64,000 nt of DNA from an uncultured Bacteroidales bacterium (GCA_937892155.1 CALAUG010000032.1:1517-65516), one strand, 5' to 3'. Counted from the first letter of the stretch, positions 30,946-39,118 are shown. Numbers and translations are program-made. Notes: a model not told the origin generated them from the letters alone.

Positions 30946-31986
30946 ATGATAAAGCATATAGAAATACAAGGTTTAAATGGTAATAGAGGTGATAGTTTGG
31001 TTTATGACTTTAACAGTGATTTAAATATTTTTACTGGACAAAATGGGTGTGGTAAAACAACATTATTAAAAATATTATGGTATATATGTAGTGGCAATAT
31101 TAATTGTTTGCTACAAGAAGTAGTATTTCACTACATAAAATTAGAAACAGATAAGCACAAATTTGAAATTGGTCAAGTTAACGGTAAATTTAAAATTCAA
31201 ATTGACGATAATGTTTTCACCCCAACTCAAGAGGCAATATCTCTAAGAATACAGATAAGAGAATTTTGCAAGAATTTCGCGGCAATATCAGGGAAAACTT
31301 TATTTTTTCCAACTTTTAGAAGAATTGAAGGTGGATTTTCAATGGGAATGCAAGAGATGGGAATTTCGCAATCTACAGTGAATGATTCACTAAGAAAATT
31401 GTCAGATTCATTGTCTTCTGAAAATCATAAATTTATAGCTTCTGTATCTACGAATGATATTGAAAACTTATTAAAGTTTGAGTACGCAGATATATCAAAA
31501 TATTTAAATGATTTACAAAAAAATCAATTTAGCAAAATTAGACATCTAATCAAGAATGGAAAGACTTCAAAAGAAAATAAGTTAAACCAAATAGAGCAAG
31601 AAATTGCAAAAACTGATGAGTTGTTTCAAGAAAAACTACAACCCTTTTCAGTTCTTGACAAACACGTAAAAACAATATATAAAGATAAAGGTATAAATGT
31701 TTCTCCTTTAGTGTTAGGAAACGAAACAAAACCTATCGTTTCTGATAAATTGTCTGCGGGAGAAAAACAAATGTTGAGTTTTTTGTGCTATAATACATTT
31801 TATCGTGATTGTATTATTTTTATAGATGAACCAGAACTAAGTTTGCATATAGATTGGCAAAGAAAATTAATACCCGTTTTAGTAAATCAACGTTCAGGAA
31901 ATCAATTCTTTATAGCAACACATAGTCCTTTTATATATTCTGTTTATCCAGATAAGGAAATAATATTGGACAGAGATCAAAAGTAA
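30946..31986 (+). CDS. ABC/SMC-like AAA ATPase, PARIS AriA-like
   Basis: Walker A GQNGCGKTT, signature-like LSAGEKQMLSF, Walker B IIFIDEPELSLH, and H-loop IATHSP. Followed after 5 nt by a DUF4435-like gene. Confidence 0.7.
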   Translation: MIKHIEIQGLNGNRGDSLVYDFNSDLNIFTGQNGCGKTTLLKILWYICSGNINCLLQEVVFHYIKLETDKHKFEIGQVNGKFKIQIDDNVFTPTQEAISLRIQIREFCKNFAAISGKTLFFPTFRRIEGGFSMGMQEMGISQSTVNDSLRKLSDSLSSENHKFIASVSTNDIENLLKFEYADISKYLNDLQKNQFSKIRHLIKNGKTSKENKLNQIEQEIAKTDELFQEKLQPFSVLDKHVKTIYKDKGINVSPLVLGNETKPIVSDKLSAGEKQMLSFLCYNTFYRDCIIFIDEPELSLHIDWQRKLIPVLVNQRSGNQFFIATHSPFIYSVYPDKEIILDRDQK

Positions 31987-31991
31987 TAAGC

Positions 31992-32726
31992 ATGAAAACG
32001 TACACAAAAAATGAGATTATTGCTATAATAAATCATTCATATTCGCCTGTTATTCTAGTAGAAGGGAAAGATGACAAAATGATATATAGGTTGATATTGG
32101 AAAGTTTAGGTTTCGAAGATGCTATTATTTCAACCTCGGGTTGTAATCTCTTAAGAGAAATTTATAAGGAGAAAGATAAGTTAACAAACAAAAAGGTCAT
32201 TTTCATAACAGATAAGGATATGTATGTTTATTCTAATATTCCTAAACAATATGATGAAATCATATTCACGAAAGGTTATAGTATCGAAAATGATTTGTTT
32301 CAAGGTTTCTCTTTTCTAAATTTTTTTAAAAATAAAGATAATGAGAGGTATAAAAAAGCACTTAAATCTTTCCTTTGCTATTATGCTTGTGAATTCGAAA
32401 AATTCAAAAATGGTGAGGAATATAAGTTAGATTTAAGTCCTTTTCAAATTTTAAACCATAAGGATGGTAGTTTTAAGTTGTTGACAAACAAACTGCAATC
32501 ATACAAGGCACCACGTCATGGGACAATTGAATATCTAGAAAAAGATTATGACTTATTAATTCGTGGTCATTCATTGTTTGCATTATTACACATGATATTA
32601 TCGTTTAAAGGTCGTACTCCAACGTATAAAGAAAATCAAATATATGAAATGTGTTATTCCTCATATAAAAGTCAAGCTATAAAAGATTTAGAGGCGACAA
32701 TTAAGGAAAGGTATTCAAAATTATGA
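31992..32726 (+). CDS. DUF4435/Toprim-like nuclease, PARIS AriB-like
   Basis: Toprim-type acidic motifs are present: ILVEGKDD (E24) and FITDKD (D73xD75). Size ~244 aa, tightly linked to the ATPase. Confidence 0.6.
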   Translation: MKTYTKNEIIAIINHSYSPVILVEGKDDKMIYRLILESLGFEDAIISTSGCNLLREIYKEKDKLTNKKVIFITDKDMYVYSNIPKQYDEIIFTKGYSIENDLFQGFSFLNFFKNKDNERYKKALKSFLCYYACEFEKFKNGEEYKLDLSPFQILNHKDGSFKLLTNKLQSYKAPRHGTIEYLEKDYDLLIRGHSLFALLHMILSFKGRTPTYKENQIYEMCYSSYKSQAIKDLEATIKERYSKL

Positions 32727-32812
32727 TTAATTTTATTTCATCAGACGAACGGGCATTCGAAGCATTAATAGAAAAAAACTTTGTGGGCAGTAAAACAACG
32801 TGGTTTATCTGA
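32723..32812 (+). pseudogene. 29-codon remnant of a gene start (probably hsdR N-terminus), copy A
   Basis: MINFISSDERAFEALIEKNFVGSKTTWFI*. It is homologous at DNA and protein level to 34791-34863, and overlaps the stop of the preceding gene. Confidence 0.4.
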
Positions 32813-32884
32813 AATAAGTATGCGACTAAGAAGAAGCAAGGATAGGAAAATTAGAAAGCTGGAGGGTTGCAAATAAAAAAATAC

Positions 32885-32892
32885 TATTTTTG
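32885..32892 (+). promoter_or_regulatory. candidate Bacteroidota -7 promoter box (TATTTTTG)
   Basis: Matches the TAnnTTTG consensus, 28 nt upstream of the ATG at 32920. Confidence 0.3.
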
Positions 32893-32919
32893 CAATTAAA
32901 GTAGTAAAAGTTCATTGTT

Positions 32920-34188
32920 ATGAAATTGAAAATCTCAAATCTCGGCCCTATTGATTCAATGGTAATCGATATGTCGAAACCTTTTTTCCTTTTTGCTGGC
33001 GACAATAGTACGGGGAAGACGTATGCCGCAACATTCCTTTACACTTTAATCAAAGTAATTTCCTTCTATATAGATCCTCGTGGCCTACATGAAATACAAA
33101 GAATTGAAAACAATATTGAAGGAGAATTGAATGCCGATGAGTTATACGATGCTCTAGATGAATTGCTCAAGAATCGACAGGAATACATTCTAAAGTACAT
33201 GAATTTGAGTATTCCAGCAGATTCGTTTAAATGTGTAATTGTAACCTCAAGAAAAGAATGGAAAGAGGAATTGTTTAAAAAATCGGTATCTGTTTGGTCT
33301 AATTATATCGTAAAAAAAACAAATTCCTACGGGTATCATCTTGAATTGCATGTAGCGGGCGAAAGTTATCTGTCGTTGGCGCAATCTTGGATGATAACTT
33401 CTTTGTTTTTTGATGGTATTATTGGAGCTCAGATGTTTACTGCAGAACGTAGTGGAATCTATACTTTCAGCAAGGAATTGTCCGTGGGACGACTTAGAAA
33501 CCCTGATGAACGACTCAATGCTCGATACCCAAGACCAATTGCGGATGGATTGGCGGATGCGGCTGATTTGGCGAATAAAACGAAAAACACTTTTAGAAAT
33601 GGCGCTTTTGCTGAAGAAATTGAAAACATGATTTTGCATGGCAATCTTACTGTTTCTGAAGAAGGTGAGGTTTTGTATCACGTTTCTAATGGTACTGAAC
33701 TCGGGTTCAATGAATCATCATCAGCTATCAAAACTTTGGCTCCATTGGTGTTTTATTTACGCCATTCTGCTGGTCAGTACAACATTCTATTTGTGGATGA
33801 ACCGGAGTTAAACCTTCACCCGAAGAATCAAATACTATTGGCTAGGATCTTCGTTAAGATGATAAATGCTGGATTGAGGTTGGTTATCAGTACCCATAGC
33901 GACTACATCATTCGCGAAATCAACAATATGATTATGGCGGATGGATTGGATAAAGCTAGTGACAAGATTTTGATGGAAAAAGGATATGACAAAAGTCTAT
34001 GTTTGTCGCAAGACAAATTTGCACCCTATCTATTTGAAAAGAATACCAAAGGAAAAGTGAGGGTTACTCCGCTTGAGGTGGATCGATATGGATTCAATAT
34101 GCCGTCTATCGATGATGCCATTAATAATCAGAATGAAGTGACGAACACCTTTTATGAAGTTTTGAAATACGACCACTCAAACGACTAA
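32920..34188 (+). CDS. ABC-type AAA ATPase (AAA_15/AAA_21-like)
   Basis: Walker A GDNSTGKTY, Q-loop-like FTAERSG, signature-like SSSAIKTL, Walker B ILFVDEPELNLHP, and H-loop STHSD. Confidence 0.8.
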   Translation: MKLKISNLGPIDSMVIDMSKPFFLFAGDNSTGKTYAATFLYTLIKVISFYIDPRGLHEIQRIENNIEGELNADELYDALDELLKNRQEYILKYMNLSIPADSFKCVIVTSRKEWKEELFKKSVSVWSNYIVKKTNSYGYHLELHVAGESYLSLAQSWMITSLFFDGIIGAQMFTAERSGIYTFSKELSVGRLRNPDERLNARYPRPIADGLADAADLANKTKNTFRNGAFAEEIENMILHGNLTVSEEGEVLYHVSNGTELGFNESSSAIKTLAPLVFYLRHSAGQYNILFVDEPELNLHPKNQILLARIFVKMINAGLRLVISTHSDYIIREINNMIMADGLDKASDKILMEKGYDKSLCLSQDKFAPYLFEKNTKGKVRVTPLEVDRYGFNMPSIDDAINNQNEVTNTFYEVLKYDHSND

Positions 34189-34191
34189 GTT

Positions 34192-34782
34192 ATGCAATAC
34201 ATTGATTATCTTGAATGGATTCTAAACTCAAATTTCTTGCAAAACGGGAAAGATGCTTTGACTATGATAGAACCAGCAGATGCTGAAAATCCAGAACAAA
34301 GGGTGAATATAAAAATTGCAACCAATGCCATTTCAAGTATGAAACTTTATCGTTTTAACAACCTTACAGAAAATGATAAAGTACTGTTCCCTTTCTTTAA
34401 TCAATCCACAATTGAGCCTACGGCACCACGTGGATTGAACAGTTTTTGTGATTATATATTATTGGTACAGCATGATAACGGTCTGTTTGTTTTTTTCTTG
34501 GAAATGAAGCGTGGTAGACATGAGGATGCAACGAAACAAATTGAAGCATCTTCTTTGTTTTTCGATTATGTTCTTCGTTCTGCGGAACGAATAAAAGAGG
34601 AGAATGGCTCTTCTGATTTTGATGTCAATCAAGTTCAGTATCGTAGGATTGTCATCAATAAAACTTACAGTAATAAGAGGATAACAAAAGACAAAGATAT
34701 TGAAGACTTTGATTTGAACTCAACTATGCTTCATAAATGTTATGATGAATTCCGCCCCATTGCATATTGTAAGCGCAACTAA
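34192..34782 (+). CDS. hypothetical protein with PD-(D/E)xK nuclease-like signature
   Basis: D87 (CDYILLV), 16 residues, then E104-M-K106 (FVFFLEMKRG). The gap from the ATPase gene is 3 nt. No named family recognised. Confidence 0.5.
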   Translation: MQYIDYLEWILNSNFLQNGKDALTMIEPADAENPEQRVNIKIATNAISSMKLYRFNNLTENDKVLFPFFNQSTIEPTAPRGLNSFCDYILLVQHDNGLFVFFLEMKRGRHEDATKQIEASSLFFDYVLRSAERIKEENGSSDFDVNQVQYRRIVINKTYSNKRITKDKDIEDFDLNSTMLHKCYDEFRPIAYCKRN

Positions 34783-34790
34783 ATCAATAT

Positions 34791-34865
34791 ATGGCTATGC
34801 CTTTATCCAAAACCGACGAACAAGCCTTCGAGGCATTAATTGAAAAAGCACTTGTTGGCAGTAGC
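34791..34865 (+). pseudogene. ~25-codon remnant of a gene start (probably hsdR N-terminus), copy B
   Basis: MAMPLSKTDEQAFEALIEKALVGSS. Beyond ~34865 the sequence is the antisense of the 34836..36005 gene. Confidence 0.45.
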
Positions 34866-36005
34866 CGAGTTGAACGTGGAACCCGAAATGCCGTCGCCTT
34901 GCCACGTTCCGCCTGTCGGTGTGGCTTGCAAGGATACAGTTTCACCTTTTGCAATCTCCGAAACGGTTGGTGAAATTTGAACCTCTGTGCTTGGTGCAAC
35001 CGTTACAACACCATTGACGAACGTAACGGTTGGTTCTTCACCATCGCCAGAACCTGTATATTCAAAACTTATAGGCGTAATGTCAGATGTTCCCGATTCC
35101 AACGCCTTGAAACGTAACGTACCAATGTTGCCACCTCTGAATCCTGTTCCATTTCCTATGCTGACAATTGCACTTACCATTCCATTGCCACAATCTTTGA
35201 AACGAACAAAGTTTGATTGGGAATTTACTCCTTCAAGTTGGAGAACAGACGAATTATAGCGTACCGAGAAAAACATACTGTTTACACAATAGCATTCCAC
35301 ATCGGACATTGAAAGTGCGACATCAAAAACATCGTTTTGACATACCGACTTGTTTTCAGCCGAAATAACCATTTCGCATTGCTGCGGTTGTGGGCAGTCG
35401 CCAACAGGAGCGACGTACGGATGCAGACAATTATATGAAACGCACCCCTCTCCGTTTTGGGCACATACAACCATATTTCCTGCAACGCCGTGGAAATCAA
35501 CAACGGCTGTATTGCCACTTTGCGACACCAATGTGTTACCTTCGGGAACCGTCCACGTGAAAGATTGCGCGTTGTTTGCCGTTGCCGTATAAACCACTCC
35601 TTTTTGCTCTAAACATACTGCACCCCAACCTGTTGGACCATCAACAGAAACCATAGTAGGGCGAATGTTCTTTGCTATTTCTTTTATGCTTGTTCGCAAA
35701 ACAGAGTTTCCGTCACGTTCTGTAACACGCAATATAACCGTTCCTGTACCTTCTGTAAAACGAACTGTTACAGAATTCCCTATTGCTGTTTTCGAAGGAT
35801 TAAAATCTGCGCCGCCTTCTATTGACCATTCATATACAACGTTTGAAGAAGATGCTAAAACTTCATACTGCAGGTAATCAATAGAAGAGATTGATTCCTT
35901 ACAATCTGTTGGTAAACCTATTATCTCGAGGTTCTGGGCATACGAACAAACCACCGCCAAAAGTAGTGCGACGATTGTAATTCCTATTTTATTTCTATAC
36001 CTCAT
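34836..36005 (-). CDS. secreted surface protein, cohesin-like and Big-like domains, C-terminally truncated at a rearrangement junction
   Basis: Signal peptide MRYRNKIGITIVALLLAVVCSYAQ. The cohesin-like stretch (FDVALSMSD...FFSVRYNSSVLQLEGV...GTLRFKALESG) is a tentative call. The last 9 codons and the stop are supplied by the antisense of the hsdR-like remnant. Confidence 0.55.
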   Translation of the reverse strand: MRYRNKIGITIVALLLAVVCSYAQNLEIIGLPTDCKESISSIDYLQYEVLASSSNVVYEWSIEGGADFNPSKTAIGNSVTVRFTEGTGTVILRVTERDGNSVLRTSIKEIAKNIRPTMVSVDGPTGWGAVCLEQKGVVYTATANNAQSFTWTVPEGNTLVSQSGNTAVVDFHGVAGNMVVCAQNGEGCVSYNCLHPYVAPVGDCPQPQQCEMVISAENKSVCQNDVFDVALSMSDVECYCVNSMFFSVRYNSSVLQLEGVNSQSNFVRFKDCGNGMVSAIVSIGNGTGFRGGNIGTLRFKALESGTSDITPISFEYTGSGDGEEPTVTFVNGVVTVAPSTEVQISPTVSEIAKGETVSLQATPTGGTWQGDGISGSTFNSATANKCFFN

Positions 36006-36018
36006 TGTTTTTCTTCTT

Positions 36019-38424
36019 TTATCTCACCACAACTTTTTCTATTTGTGTTCCGCAATGCACAAAATACGTACCCGATGGCATGGAAACATTATTTTGCACC
36101 TTTTGCCCTGCCACATTGTATATTGCATATTCCTCACAACTGCATTCTATTTTTCCGTTTACAACACGGATTTGAATATCATCTGCAGAAACAGGGTCTA
36201 TGGCACTGCCCCCATTGTTTACTATAAACTCTTGGCTTTGCACTGTTTCAAATATTTCATCGTCTTCTGGCACTACTTTTATTATATAATTTGCTTCTAT
36301 GCTTTTCGGTAATGTTATAGAAAATGGTTCTCCCGATTTTATTTCTATTTTTTCATTTACTACAATAGAAGAGCCATTTACTTGTTCCACCAAAACCTTT
36401 GCGGTATAAGTTTGATTATCTGCATTGCTTATGGAGCATTGGATTGTGCCGTTTTCTTGCTTTTCAAATGAATATTCTAAGGTTTTTACCTTACGAATAC
36501 CTTTATATATTCTAAGCATATTACCAATGGTGGGAATTCCATAAATTACATTATTGTCAGCCTTTGAAATTTTTTCAATAGGTGGATATTGTGAGACACT
36601 CTCTTCATACCATGTTTCTCCACCATCTATGGAAACAAGTACTGTATCATTGGGATAATCCAGAGCATCTGACAATGATGGAATTACCAACGTGTCTTTA
36701 GAATAAACCAACAAAGTTGAATACGTATACGCAGGAGCATAATACTCACTCCCTTGCCAAACCTTTTTGAAATTGTATTCAGTAGTATCGCAAGTATATA
36801 CATGTCCATTAATTCTATCCATCAATATCCATTTCCCATCATGAAAAGCCGTGTTAATCCAAGCAATTCTATTTACGTTATCTTCAGAAACAAGCGAAAA
36901 TGTCAACCTTTTTTCAGAATTAACGTTTGCCAATAATATTGTCTTTGAATCATCATTTGGGAATAACCCAATATGCTTGTTTGCAAAGCAACCGTTTGCT
37001 AAATCTCCACCATAATTGTAAAAATCCATACTGATGTTGAATATATTCTCCCACGTATTGCCACCATCGAGGGTTTGAAATAAATCTATGTCATCATAAA
37101 CATATCCAAAACTTTCTGTGAAAAACTGCATATTTCTCGCTATTGTTCCCGATAACATGTTCATATTTTTCCCAACCCACGATTCACCGCCATCTCGAGA
37201 TATGAACAAACTATCTGTACTTGTCATATATATAACATCATTAGGGAAAAACTGCATCTTGTATAATGTGGTATTGAAATCTTTGTAATCCCATGTTTTA
37301 CCGCCATTTGAGGAATAAAACAACCTACCATTTTTTGTACCTATTATAAAAATCTCGTTCTTGGATTTTACGAATATGTCTTTCCCTTCCATGTTCCCTT
37401 TGTATATATATGAATAACGAGTGTTATTTAGGGCTGTGGTTGTCACATCTGTGGGTGGTGTGTATGTTTCTTTTGTAAACTGCCATGTCCGCATACTATC
37501 AGTGGATATTATTTTATTATTATCAATATCATATCCTCCCGAAACAGTAGCCCAAACCTTACCGTTTCCTAAATCATACATAGACTTGGGAACATTATAA
37601 TATGCAATAACACCATTACCCCAATCATACATGTTTATTATTCGACAACGTTCCAATGTTTTGCTTATTTGACTTGATACAGTTAAAATAATGTATCCGT
37701 TTTCAAATTGAAACAAGTGTTTTGGTGTAATTCTAAGTTGTTCGGCTTTCCATGTCATTCCGCCATCTTTTGTCACACTATAGCCTACATTTGCAAAGAC
37801 ATATCCTAACTGATTGTTTACAAACGCCATATAAAAAGTTTTACTTTGTGGTAAAACTTCTTGGGAAAAAACATCATTTGTTGTCAAAGCCCATTTTTCT
37901 CCGTAATCTGAACTTTTATATATGGCAACTTTGTTTGAACTCGTGTCAAGCACAGTCAGAAACACGGTTTGTTCATCGCTCCATGCCGTTGTAACAATTT
38001 TATCAGATTCTTTCAACTCTAACAATGAAGAAGTCCACGAATTGCCACCATCTACAGTGTAAAGCACGTTGTTAATATATTTTCCATTTTCGTTAGATAC
38101 AGAAGCGAAAATTCCGTGAAGAGAATCTTTGGCAAATTTAAATGCCAAAGGTTGATATGAAACTTCATCTAATTTTGTAATTACATCTAACTTTTGCCCC
38201 TTTAGACTATATGTTTGTTCCCATGTCTTTCCCGTGTCAGATGACATTGCAAGCCAGCCTTCTTTTGTAGCAACGACAACATTTCCACCTTTTGTACTCA
38301 CAGATTGAGCAATTGTCATACTGAAATCGTCTGGGGTAATATCTTTCCATTCATACTCAAATATTTGAGAGTATAGTACACACGACATTATTGTCGTGAT
38401 AAATAAAGCGACAATCTTTTTCAT
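36019..38424 (-). CDS. T9SS-secreted BNR/Asp-box beta-propeller repeat protein
   Basis: At least nine Asp-box motifs (SSDTGKTW, TVDGGNSW, SSDYGEKW, TKDGGMTW, SSNGGKTW, SRDGGESW, TLDGGNTW, SIDGGETW and others) and a C-terminal sorting domain (IYNVAGQKV...GTYFVHCG...KVVVR). Confidence 0.8.
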   Translation of the reverse strand: MKKIVALFITTIMSCVLYSQIFEYEWKDITPDDFSMTIAQSVSTKGGNVVVATKEGWLAMSSDTGKTWEQTYSLKGQKLDVITKLDEVSYQPLAFKFAKDSLHGIFASVSNENGKYINNVLYTVDGGNSWTSSLLELKESDKIVTTAWSDEQTVFLTVLDTSSNKVAIYKSSDYGEKWALTTNDVFSQEVLPQSKTFYMAFVNNQLGYVFANVGYSVTKDGGMTWKAEQLRITPKHLFQFENGYIILTVSSQISKTLERCRIINMYDWGNGVIAYYNVPKSMYDLGNGKVWATVSGGYDIDNNKIISTDSMRTWQFTKETYTPPTDVTTTALNNTRYSYIYKGNMEGKDIFVKSKNEIFIIGTKNGRLFYSSNGGKTWDYKDFNTTLYKMQFFPNDVIYMTSTDSLFISRDGGESWVGKNMNMLSGTIARNMQFFTESFGYVYDDIDLFQTLDGGNTWENIFNISMDFYNYGGDLANGCFANKHIGLFPNDDSKTILLANVNSEKRLTFSLVSEDNVNRIAWINTAFHDGKWILMDRINGHVYTCDTTEYNFKKVWQGSEYYAPAYTYSTLLVYSKDTLVIPSLSDALDYPNDTVLVSIDGGETWYEESVSQYPPIEKISKADNNVIYGIPTIGNMLRIYKGIRKVKTLEYSFEKQENGTIQCSISNADNQTYTAKVLVEQVNGSSIVVNEKIEIKSGEPFSITLPKSIEANYIIKVVPEDDEIFETVQSQEFIVNNGGSAIDPVSADDIQIRVVNGKIECSCEEYAIYNVAGQKVQNNVSMPSGTYFVHCGTQIEKVVVR

Positions 38425-38428
38425 AGCA

Positions 38429-38860
38429 TTAATTATTTTGGTTGTTTTGACAATTAGTTTGCTCCAATATCAGTTCTGCCAATCTATCAATATCGGCATT
38501 ATTGACAACGCCGTCTTTATTTATATCGGCATTATCAAGAAAACAACCATTAAGCGTATAGGTTGTTCCGCCACAATTAGTCTGAATTGTTATCGTAAAC
38601 CCTCCATCAGAAGAAGGTTGTAATGTTGCGCCCTCTTGTACATATCCTTTCAGAGCGTCTAAATCTTCCAAAGAATAACCGGGCTTACCATCTATTCGAA
38701 TCGGACGTTTCTCGTCTTGTGCATTATACTCCTCCTCTTTTATAAAAACACCCGAAGAGAATGATGTTGGTACGGTGTTGTGTACCATTCTAAAAATCAA
38801 AGGACTTTTGTTTTCCTTGTTTCTGTACCGAGAATCCAATACCAAATTGATTGTAGCCAT
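38429..38860 (-). CDS. chimeric ORF: tyrosine-integrase Arm DNA-binding domain remnant fused to a dockerin/EF-hand-like loop
   Basis: The N-terminus MATINLVLDSRYRNKENKSPLIFRMVHN...SSGVFIKEEEY resembles Bacteroidota integrase N-termini, and no catalytic domain follows. The C-terminus carries DINKDGVVNNADIDRLAELIL. Confidence 0.45.
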   Translation of the reverse strand: MATINLVLDSRYRNKENKSPLIFRMVHNTVPTSFSSGVFIKEEEYNAQDEKRPIRIDGKPGYSLEDLDALKGYVQEGATLQPSSDGGFTITIQTNCGGTTYTLNGCFLDNADINKDGVVNNADIDRLAELILEQTNCQNNQNN

Positions 38861-39008
38861 AATTTTACAGTTTCGTTAATTTGACAATTTTTCGCAAGTT
38901 TTTTCGGTTTACGCCTATTTACGTTATTTTACATAAATTTCTCTAACCTGCTCACACACAAAGATATACATAAAAATTGGATTATTTTCAAGAAAAGGCA
39001 AAAAAAAA

Positions 39009-39032
39009 GCACTCACAAATTTTTGTAAGTGC
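39009..39032 (-). terminator. rho-independent terminator after the tRNA operon
   Basis: On the minus strand: GCACTTACA, loop, TGTGAGTGC, followed by a T8 run (A-run 39001-39008 on the plus strand). Confidence 0.5.
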
Positions 39033-39045
39033 TTGTCTATCAATG

Positions 39046-39118
39046 AGCGGGAAACGAGACTCGAACCCGCGACCCTTAGCTTGGAGGGCTAATGCTCTAC
39101 CAACTGAGCTACTCCCGC
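39046..39118 (-). tRNA. tRNA-Gly (anticodon UCC)
   Basis: Hand-folded cloverleaf: acceptor GCGGGAG/TTCCCGC, D arm GCTC/GAGC, anticodon stem TTAGC/GCTAA with loop CCTCCAA, T arm GCGGG-TTCGAGT-CTCGT. Position 33 reads C. CCA is not encoded. Confidence 0.8.

Larger units (their letters stand above)
30651..38960. mobile_element. degenerate tRNA-adjacent genomic island (defence cassettes, surface-protein genes, integrase remnant)
   Basis: The left edge is flush with the stop of a core gene. The right edge lies next to the 3' end of tRNA-Gly, with an integrase Arm-domain remnant beside it. The interior is a mosaic of gene fragments, and the 30.9-32.7 kb stretch is visibly AT-richer than its flanks. 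Confidence 0.4.

Noticed and set aside
34866-34973. The 3' two thirds of ORF 34791..34973
   Set aside because: Only the first ~25 codons resemble copy A of the gene-start remnant. The rest is the antisense of the 34836..36005 coding sequence, so the 60-aa ORF is not a real gene product.
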